Shown one piece after another: positions 57,247-64,000 of a stretch of 64,000 nt of DNA; the first letter of the stretch is position 1; each line of letters starts with the position of its first letter. Position numbers and translations under genes: made by a program. Under the pieces are notes generated by a model. It saw only the letters and a program-made list of their open reading frames with translations. It made no database searches and was not told the origin of the DNA. This DNA comes from Spirochaetia bacterium. GTDB lineage: Bacteria > Spirochaetota > Spirochaetia > DSM-2461. The DNA is taken from NCBI GenBank assembly GCA_963668315.1, contig OY764216.1, forward strand, positions 2,176,001-2,240,000, written 5' to 3'.

Positions 57247-60000
57247 TCAGGCCCCGCAGCATTTTTTGTATTTTTTCCCGCTGCCGCAGGGACACAGATC
57301 GTTTCGGCCGACTTTGGGCTCCGTCCGCTTGACCTGAACCTTCTGGGGACCTGCCTCGTTTCTCTCTCCGTTTTTTGGAGCCGGTCCCAGCCCGGCGCCC
57401 ATGGAGTTGTGCGAAGCGGTCATCCTTCTCGGAGCGTTATGCTGGGAACGGTCCGTATCTCTTCTGATGATAACGCGGAAAACCTTTCTGGCTATGGAAA
57501 TGCGCATATCGTCGATCATCTCTTCGAAAATGGCGAAGCCTTCGTTTTTATACTCCACGAGGGGGTTTTTCTGAGCGTAGGATCTCAGAGAGACGGCTTC
57601 ACGCAGGGCTTCCAGATTTTCCAGGTGCTCCTGCCATTTTTTATCAAGATTTCTCAGATACTCCGCTCTGATGAACCAGTTGAGCTGTTCGACACCGGCA
57701 AGACTCTTCTTTTCATCAAGATCCTTTTTCAGATAGGCCGTCAGATGATTTTTAAGTCCGTCCATATCGTCAAGGGAGTGGATTTCGTTCTGTTCCACAT
57801 CATAGTTGAAGTTCTCTTTGAGTCGGGTGTAGAGACGGGCCTGAGCCGCATCATCCCCCTCGTTCTTCTTATCCTTAACGCAGTCTTCCAGGAGAATGTC
57901 CAGAATCTCCAACCCCGTTTTCAGAACCTTCTCGGTCAGATCGGCACTGGTCAGCACCTCATCTCTCTGCTCGTAGATGAATGTTCTCTGCTTGTTGAGG
58001 ACGTCATCATAGTCAAGAAGATGCTTACGGATGTCGTAGTTTCTCTCTTCGACCTTTTTCTGGGCTCTCTCCAGGGAGTTGTTGATCATGTTATGCTGGA
58101 GAGGTTCGTCCCCTTCGAAGCCGAGCTTCTTCATGGTGGATTTAAACCGGTCTCCTCCGAAAAGACGCATGAGCGAATCGTCCAGGGAGATGAAAAACTG
58201 GGAATACCCCGGGTCTCCCTGACGTCCGGAACGGCCGCGGAGCTGGTTGTCGATTCGGCGTGATTCGTGTCTTTCCGATCCTATGACATAAAGGCCGCCC
58301 AGTTCCAGGACTTCCTTGTGGTCCTTCGACCACTGTTCCATCTCTATGGCAAGGGCTTTTTTATACTCTTCCTCTTCCGCATCGGTACCGGCCCTTCTCC
58401 AGGCGCGCATTTCCGGGTTGCCTCCCAGTTTGATGTCCGTACCACGTCCGGCCATGTTGGTGGCGATAGTTACCGCTCCCTTGGCACCCGCCTCGGCGAT
58501 GATATGGGCTTCGCGGCCATGGTTTTTGGCGTTGAGGACTTCATGGCGGACTCCCCGTTTCGTCAGAGACTTGGAGATCAGTTCCGATTTTTCAACCGAC
58601 ACGGTACCTACCAGAATGGGCTGTCCCTTGGCATGTACTTCCTGTATGGTGTCGCAGATCGCTTCGATCTTATACTGTTCGTTCAGGTAGATGACATCAT
58701 CCGCATCGATACGGTTCACCGGCCGGTTGGTGGGAATGACCACCACGTCGATATTGTAGATCTTGACGAATTCCTTGGCCTCCGTATCGGCCGTACCGGT
58801 CATTCCGGAGATTTTGTCGTACATACGGAAGAAATTCTGGAAGGTGATCGTGGCCAGAGTCTGATTTTTCCGGGCGACTTTGATGTTCTCCTTGGCCTCT
58901 ATGGCCTGGTGGAGACCGTCGGAATAGCGGCGGCCGGTCAGGACGCGTCCGGTGAACTCGTCGACAATCTGAACCTGTCCGTCCTGTATCACATAGTCCA
59001 CATCCAGATGGAAGAGCTCGTGGGCCTTCACCGCCTGGGTGACATAGTGGGTGAATTCAAAATTTTCCTCATCGAAGAGGGAACCGCTGATCAGGTTGTT
59101 TTTCTGAAGCAGCTCCTCTATATGGTTCATGCCTTCGTCGGTGAAAAGAACACGCTTGCTTTTTTCGTCGAGCTTGTAATCTCCCTTGGGCTGTTCTCCG
59201 GTGATGGGATTATCCGGGGGGTAGTCGTCCAGTGCGGGATCTTTTTCGCACTCCTTGAGACCTTTGACAATGCGGTTCACCTGGACAAACTTGCTGGTGT
59301 CCTCCTCAACGGGTCCCGATATGATAAGGGGAGTACGGGCTTCATCGATAAGAATCGAGTCTATTTCGTCAATGATCGCGTAGTGGTGGTTCTGCTGGGA
59401 CTTGAGTTTGATGTCCCAGCGCATATTGTCTCTGAGGTAATCAAATCCGAACTCGTTATTCGTACCGTAGGTAATATCCCGGGCGTACTCTTTTTTTCTC
59501 GTTTCCGGATCCATGTTGGAGAGTATGACTCCCACCGAAACGCCCAGAAATGTGTAGACCGGCTTCATCCAGCCCGCATCACGTTCGGCCAGATAGTCAT
59601 TCACCGTTACCATGTGAACACCCTTTCCCGTCAGGGAGTTCAGGTAGGCCGGGGCCACACTGGCGAGGGTTTTACCTTCACCGGTTTTCAATTCCATGAT
59701 TTTGCCCTGGTGAAGAACGATCCCACCCAGGAGCTGTACGTCGTAGGGCCGCTCGCCCAGTGTCCTCCGGGCGGCTTCCCTGACAAGGGCAAACGCTTCA
59801 GGAAGAAGATCATCGAGGCTCTCTCCTGCTGAAAGGCGTTTTTTAAAGTTTTCAGTCTGAACGGGGAAATCCTCATCCCCCAGAGACATGGCCCAAGACT
59901 CTTTCTCATTTATTTTGTGAAGAAGGGGAACCAGTAATTTCAGATCCCTTTCGTGCTTCGTTCCGACAATAGCTGTCACTAAACTGTTAACAAATCCCAT
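57247..60000 (-). CDS. secA: Preprotein translocase subunit SecA
   Basis: TGEGKT, VTVNDYLA, DEIDSILIDEARTPLIISG, NMAGRGTDI, GRQGDPG. SEC-C tail CPCGSGKKYKKCCG. Confidence 0.97.
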   Translation of the reverse strand: MGFVNSLVTAIVGTKHERDLKLLVPLLHKINEKESWAMSLGDEDFPVQTENFKKRLSAGESLDDLLPEAFALVREAARRTLGERPYDVQLLGGIVLHQGKIMELKTGEGKTLASVAPAYLNSLTGKGVHMVTVNDYLAERDAGWMKPVYTFLGVSVGVILSNMDPETRKKEYARDITYGTNNEFGFDYLRDNMRWDIKLKSQQNHHYAIIDEIDSILIDEARTPLIISGPVEEDTSKFVQVNRIVKGLKECEKDPALDDYPPDNPITGEQPKGDYKLDEKSKRVLFTDEGMNHIEELLQKNNLISGSLFDEENFEFTHYVTQAVKAHELFHLDVDYVIQDGQVQIVDEFTGRVLTGRRYSDGLHQAIEAKENIKVARKNQTLATITFQNFFRMYDKISGMTGTADTEAKEFVKIYNIDVVVIPTNRPVNRIDADDVIYLNEQYKIEAICDTIQEVHAKGQPILVGTVSVEKSELISKSLTKRGVRHEVLNAKNHGREAHIIAEAGAKGAVTIATNMAGRGTDIKLGGNPEMRAWRRAGTDAEEEEYKKALAIEMEQWSKDHKEVLELGGLYVIGSERHESRRIDNQLRGRSGRQGDPGYSQFFISLDDSLMRLFGGDRFKSTMKKLGFEGDEPLQHNMINNSLERAQKKVEERNYDIRKHLLDYDDVLNKQRTFIYEQRDEVLTSADLTEKVLKTGLEILDILLEDCVKDKKNEGDDAAQARLYTRLKENFNYDVEQNEIHSLDDMDGLKNHLTAYLKKDLDEKKSLAGVEQLNWFIRAEYLRNLDKKWQEHLENLEALREAVSLRSYAQKNPLVEYKNEGFAIFEEMIDDMRISIARKVFRVIIRRDTDRSQHNAPRRMTASHNSMGAGLGPAPKNGERNEAGPQKVQVKRTEPKVGRNDLCPCGSGKKYKKCCGA

Positions 60001-60007
60001 GGATAAG

Positions 60008-60036
60008 AATGTACTCCGAATGAGGGGAAAGGTCAA
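60008..60036 (-). promoter_or_regulatory. secA promoter, apparently producing a leaderless transcript
   Basis: TTGACC-17 nt-TACATT-7 nt-ATG, with no SD. Confidence 0.6.
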
Positions 60037-60057
60037 ATGCTATTTATCGGGGCTTTT

Positions 60058-60525
60058 CTATTTCGTAAGGGATTTTACCAAATCTTTATAATCGGGAAAG
60101 TCCTTGAGCAATTCATCCCGGGAACAGGTCCGGTAGATTTCCGGTTCGAAAGGAGGCGCCATGACCGTGGAGAGCAGGGCCCAGCGGCCCCCTTCCGCCA
60201 GACGGGAACCCTGTATCTCATCCGCTTCGACCAGGCGGGTCAGAACTTCGCCGCCGGCCAGATCCTGTCCCAGCCGGGTTTTGGTAAATACCCCCGAGCC
60301 TGCTTCGGCCGTATAGAGCTCCACCGGGTCTCCCATGAGAAAATAGTACTGCTCCTGACTGGGCAGGATGTGAAATTCGGAGAAATCCTCCTTCCTGAGG
60401 AGATAGTAGATGGAGGAAATTTCTCCCGGTCTGTACCAGAAGCGCGCAAACCATCCGCCTTCGGGGACAAGAGGTTCCAGGGACAGTTTTTCAATAATCT
60501 CTTCCGCGGAGCAGAGCTTTTCCAT
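60058..60525 (-). CDS. Cupin_5 (DUF985) protein
   Basis: PEGGWF, SSIYYLL, FH, GDP, STVMAPPF. Confidence 0.85.
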   Translation of the reverse strand: MEKLCSAEEIIEKLSLEPLVPEGGWFARFWYRPGEISSIYYLLRKEDFSEFHILPSQEQYYFLMGDPVELYTAEAGSGVFTKTRLGQDLAGGEVLTRLVEADEIQGSRLAEGGRWALLSTVMAPPFEPEIYRTCSRDELLKDFPDYKDLVKSLTK

Positions 60526-60530
60526 CCGGC

Positions 60531-61343
60531 CTAGTCCGCCTTTGCCAGGACGGCTTTCAAAAGGGCGGTGAATTTATCCTTGACCATACGTCCCGCTTCC
60601 ATGACTTCCTCTTCCGTAATGGGCTGATCCAGGATTCCCGCGGCCATGTTGCTTATGCAGGAGATCCCCAGCACATCCATGCCGGCATGGGAGGCGGTGA
60701 TCACCTCGGGAACGGTGGACATACCCACCGCGTCGGCTCCCAGAACCCGGAGCATGCGTATCTCGGCGGGGGTTTCATAGCAGGGGCCGGTCATGAAGGC
60801 GTATACACCCTTTTTTAACCTCAGCCCCAGCCGTTCTCCCTCTTCTTCGGCATTGCGGATAAGGGAACGGGTATAGGCCCGGGACATGTCGGGAAAGCGG
60901 GGCCCGAACGCATCGTCATTCGGGCCGATGAGGGGGTGACCTTCGCCCATTTTTATATGATCCTCGATGATCATCAGGTCTCCCGGCTCATAGGAGGTGT
61001 TGACACCGCCCGCCGCGTTGGTGACGATCAGTCTCTCCACCCCCAGAAGCTTCATTACCCGGATGGGAAGTACCAGAGAATCCATGGGATAGCCTTCGTA
61101 GTAGTGGAAGCGGCCCTGCATAACGATAACGTCCTTCCCCTCCAGCCGGCCTATGACCAGGCGTCCTTTGTGGCCCGGAGCTGTGGACCGGGGGAAATGG
61201 GGTATCTCCCCATAGGGGAGGATGACGGGGTCTTCCACGGCTTCCGCCAGATCGTTAAGTCCGGATCCCAGTATCAGACCGGTACGGGGCGTCAGGGATA
61301 TCCGGCTTTGAATATAGTCGGCCGCTTCTCTGTAATTACTCAT
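60531..61343 (-). CDS. punA: Purine-nucleoside phosphorylase (trimeric type)
   Basis: ILGSGL, GRFHYYEGY, TNAAGG, GPCYETPAE, AVGMSTVPE, ISNMAAG. Confidence 0.93.
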   Translation of the reverse strand: MSNYREAADYIQSRISLTPRTGLILGSGLNDLAEAVEDPVILPYGEIPHFPRSTAPGHKGRLVIGRLEGKDVIVMQGRFHYYEGYPMDSLVLPIRVMKLLGVERLIVTNAAGGVNTSYEPGDLMIIEDHIKMGEGHPLIGPNDDAFGPRFPDMSRAYTRSLIRNAEEEGERLGLRLKKGVYAFMTGPCYETPAEIRMLRVLGADAVGMSTVPEVITASHAGMDVLGISCISNMAAGILDQPITEEEVMEAGRMVKDKFTALLKAVLAKAD

Positions 61344-63933
61344 TGTTCTTATCCTTCCTGTGTATTTTCCACTGTTTTCTTCCCGATTCCTTGGCGTCGT
61401 ACAGCGCTTCATCCGCCTGCTTGAGCAGTTTCTTGCCGTCCCTTTCCGCCTTGAGAAAATCGGAAATGCCTATGGAGCAGCTCAGCCACTTCTCCCGGGG
61501 GATCTTTCCTCCGTAGCCCAGCTCTCCCAGAAAATCGGCATAACCCTTCTTCTCTTCAAGCTCATTAAGGATTCTTTCGGCGATGAGGGTGGAACTCTTC
61601 CTGTCGGTCTCGGCCAGTAGAAGGACAAACTCATCTCCGCCGTATCGGAAGATGCAGTCGCTGTCCCGGCAGGCATTCTGAAGCACCCGGGAAAAATCCT
61701 CCAGAAGTCTGTCTCCCACGGGATGTCCGTATGTATCATTATAGTATTTGAAATTGTCCAGATCAATAAAAAGCAGAGTGAAATTATCCCTCTCCCGGCT
61801 GCCTCCGTAGCGGGAGGAAAACTCTTTTATCTTCTCGTTAAGCTGAATTCGGTTGCCTATGCCGGTGAGCGGATCTGTCAGGGTTGTGATCGTCAGCTCT
61901 CGGTTAATCGCTTCCAGACGGCGGTTTTTTGAGAGGATGAGTTCTTTCTGCCGGATTTTTTCAAGGGCCGATGAGAACTGACCGGCCAGAATGGAGAAAA
62001 TCTGTTTCTCCTCATCGCTTATCATATAATGGGGTGATTCGGGGCGGCAGATGATGACTCCCTTTATGAGATCCTCGGAAATTACGGGAATCAGAAGCAT
62101 CCCCGACGGGCTGGAGGAGAGGTTTCTGACGCCCCCCTCCCAGACCGCCAGGAAATCGTCCAGATCCTGGCGGTCCGGTTCTATGTCCAGAAGTGACGAG
62201 TGATAGGCCAGCCTGTAGGAATCTTCCAGTCTTTCGTAATAGGAGATGCTGCTGACGAGGGAAGAGGAGAGAAGTCTTTCCATCGTAAGGAAAATGAGCC
62301 GGTCCCTGTCCTCGGTGCCGGCCAGTATGGACTGAATATCGGAAAGCAGATTGATTTCGTACATTCCCTTCTTCAGCTGTTCGTACCGGACATGCTGTTT
62401 GAGATTTGTGCTGACCCATTCCCTGTCAATCGGCTCGCCGAACCAGTTCCGGGGAGCCTCCCCGTCCGGGCCGGCGGCGGGTTCTTTTTTCACGGAAGGG
62501 GGCGGGGGAACATAACGGGAGATCTCCTCCCTCAACGATTCGGAAGCTTCGGGAAGGCGGTTGACGATATACCGCGCCGTCCGCAGGAGGGAGCGGGCCT
62601 GGGCGTCGCAGGAGAGGCGGAACCCCATCTCTGACAGGGTCAGGTATAGGTGGGCTATCTCTTCGAAGCGCTCTTCCCGCAGGTAGCCCTCCAGCGCCCC
62701 GGCGTAGCAGCGGAAGGCCATTTCCGGCCGGGAATCCTCTTCATACAGCTGTCCCAGGCAGTGAAGTATTACCATGGGGAGATAGGGCCCTTTGTGACCT
62801 TTTCTGGTTTCCAGAGCTTCGAGAAGACTCTCTTCCCCCTTCTTGCGGTCTTTCTGGGTCTGCCATTCATAGATACCCCGGGCCAGAAGGGCCTGGGACC
62901 GGAGAATGGGATTCTCCCTTCGGGTAAAGAGCTCAATTACCTCATCAAGGCGTGTCGGATCGGAGTAAAGAAGGACAATTCCCTTGCCTTTGGTACGGCC
63001 CAGTCTTTCGGCCAGTACCAGCAGTTCATCCTTTTCTTCCCCTTTCATGGCGTCCTTGATTCTGCGGCTGCACAGAAAGAGAGAAAAAAGAGCTTCAAAG
63101 CGTATCTCCCCGTCCTCCGTATCAAGTTCCAGGCTTTTCCTGTAGAAATGGACGGCCTGTTTAAGCCGCTCCTTTTTTCTGTAGACTTCACCGGTCAGGT
63201 AGAAGGCAAGGGCCATCAGGCGGCTTTCCCGCAGGTATACCGCCATATTCAGGAGGCTGTTGAAAATCGTCAGGGCCAGGTCTTCCTGATTCAGATCCAG
63301 CGCCGCCAGGCCGTAATAACGGAAAAGACCGGCCCTATCTTCCACGTCAAAGGAAAGGGAACCGATCCGGTTCCTTCCGTAGAGAAGGTCAAAGTACTGG
63401 CAGGCCTGAATATTGTCGCCGAAGACGAAAAATTCCATTGCCCACTGGAAAATCTCTCTGTCCGTCCCCTCCCTTTTAAGGGGCGGGGGGAGTTTCGTGA
63501 CTCCGTCCCAGGGGATGATTTCTCCGCAGTTGTCCAGGATGAGGGGAGGCATGCTCTCCAGGGGGTACGTCTCATCCAGATAGGCGTAGAAATTCTCCAC
63601 CGAATGGGAGAGATGGCCCGAGATGGATATTTTCACCTGGGAGATATCCGGGTCGATCAGGGAGTAGAAAAGCAGGCAGACGCTCCGGAATATCCTCTCC
63701 CGTTCAAAATCGGTTTCCGAGAAGAGAACAACCTCCTTCCGGACCCGGGGCCGTTCCTCCATATAGTCATGGAGAAGTTTTATGTGGGAGCTGAGGACGG
63801 GAAGCAGGCTCAGTTTCAGATCCCGCTCCTTTTCGTCAAGAATCAGCAGCTGATCCCGGCACCAGGGAAGAACGGGGGACAGGGGGGAGGGCGGATAGTC
63901 TATGCTCGAAATATGAAGTACACGGTCAGCCAC
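61336..63933 (-). CDS. Diguanylate cyclase with N-terminal TPR-like repeats and GAF-like domain
   Basis: DPLTGIGN, DLDNFKYYNDTYGHPVGD, RDSD I-site, RYGGDEF. Helical repeats upstream. Confidence 0.9.
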   Translation of the reverse strand: MADRVLHISSIDYPPSPLSPVLPWCRDQLLILDEKERDLKLSLLPVLSSHIKLLHDYMEERPRVRKEVVLFSETDFERERIFRSVCLLFYSLIDPDISQVKISISGHLSHSVENFYAYLDETYPLESMPPLILDNCGEIIPWDGVTKLPPPLKREGTDREIFQWAMEFFVFGDNIQACQYFDLLYGRNRIGSLSFDVEDRAGLFRYYGLAALDLNQEDLALTIFNSLLNMAVYLRESRLMALAFYLTGEVYRKKERLKQAVHFYRKSLELDTEDGEIRFEALFSLFLCSRRIKDAMKGEEKDELLVLAERLGRTKGKGIVLLYSDPTRLDEVIELFTRRENPILRSQALLARGIYEWQTQKDRKKGEESLLEALETRKGHKGPYLPMVILHCLGQLYEEDSRPEMAFRCYAGALEGYLREERFEEIAHLYLTLSEMGFRLSCDAQARSLLRTARYIVNRLPEASESLREEISRYVPPPPSVKKEPAAGPDGEAPRNWFGEPIDREWVSTNLKQHVRYEQLKKGMYEINLLSDIQSILAGTEDRDRLIFLTMERLLSSSLVSSISYYERLEDSYRLAYHSSLLDIEPDRQDLDDFLAVWEGGVRNLSSSPSGMLLIPVISEDLIKGVIICRPESPHYMISDEEKQIFSILAGQFSSALEKIRQKELILSKNRRLEAINRELTITTLTDPLTGIGNRIQLNEKIKEFSSRYGGSRERDNFTLLFIDLDNFKYYNDTYGHPVGDRLLEDFSRVLQNACRDSDCIFRYGGDEFVLLLAETDRKSSTLIAERILNELEEKKGYADFLGELGYGGKIPREKWLSCSIGISDFLKAERDGKKLLKQADEALYDAKESGRKQWKIHRKDKNNE

Positions 63934-64000
63934 GGGTGCCCTTTATACTGCTCTCCTTGATCCCCTCGTCATTCAGAAGATTTACAAAACGCGTCATATC
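63926..64000 (-). CDS. 3' end of an upstream CDS truncated by the window edge
   Basis: Open frame ...DMTRFVNLLNDEGIKESSIKGTRG*. Its stop overlaps the GTG start of the cyclase. Confidence 0.5.
   Translation of the reverse strand, partial: DMTRFVNLLNDEGIKESSIKGTRG

Overview
About 64 kb of chromosome from what is most likely a free-living anaerobic spirochaete (Spirochaetales). That assignment is inferred from a DUF6675-like gene, the murC-yicC-cmk gene order, the NeuB/Maf pair and spirochaetal lipoproteins. The window is mostly core and metabolic genes: a GH2 glycosidase with an AraC regulator, EF-G2, a LacI-regulated sugar ABC transporter plus GH42 operon, a U32/TrhP-like gene, recO-hybrid kinase-murC-yicC-cmk, cls, two NSS transporters with a MetS small subunit, argA, gltX, NeuB, a two-component pair, a radical SAM-HhH gene, Maf, a PBP, secA, PNP and a TPR-GAF-GGDEF cyclase. 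It also holds three tRNAs (Phe, Lys, Glu) and two IS elements: a complete IS256 with an 8-bp target duplication, and an atypical single-ORF IS1-like element with TA-bounded inverted repeats. I see no CRISPR array, prophage or recognisable defence system. The most notable unexplained signals are: (1) a recurring leaderless-type architecture (-10 box 6-9 nt before ATG, no Shine-Dalgarno) at about a dozen genes including secA, (2) a tandem pair of secreted coiled-coil paralogues sharing an upstream 12-mer, (3) an acidic lipoprotein plus beta-barrel module, (4) a structured leader before the NSS/MetS operon, (5) a clear LacI operator set, and (6) an orphan radical SAM-HhH gene with a palindrome in its promoter. 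All family calls come from motif recognition by eye, not from database searches.
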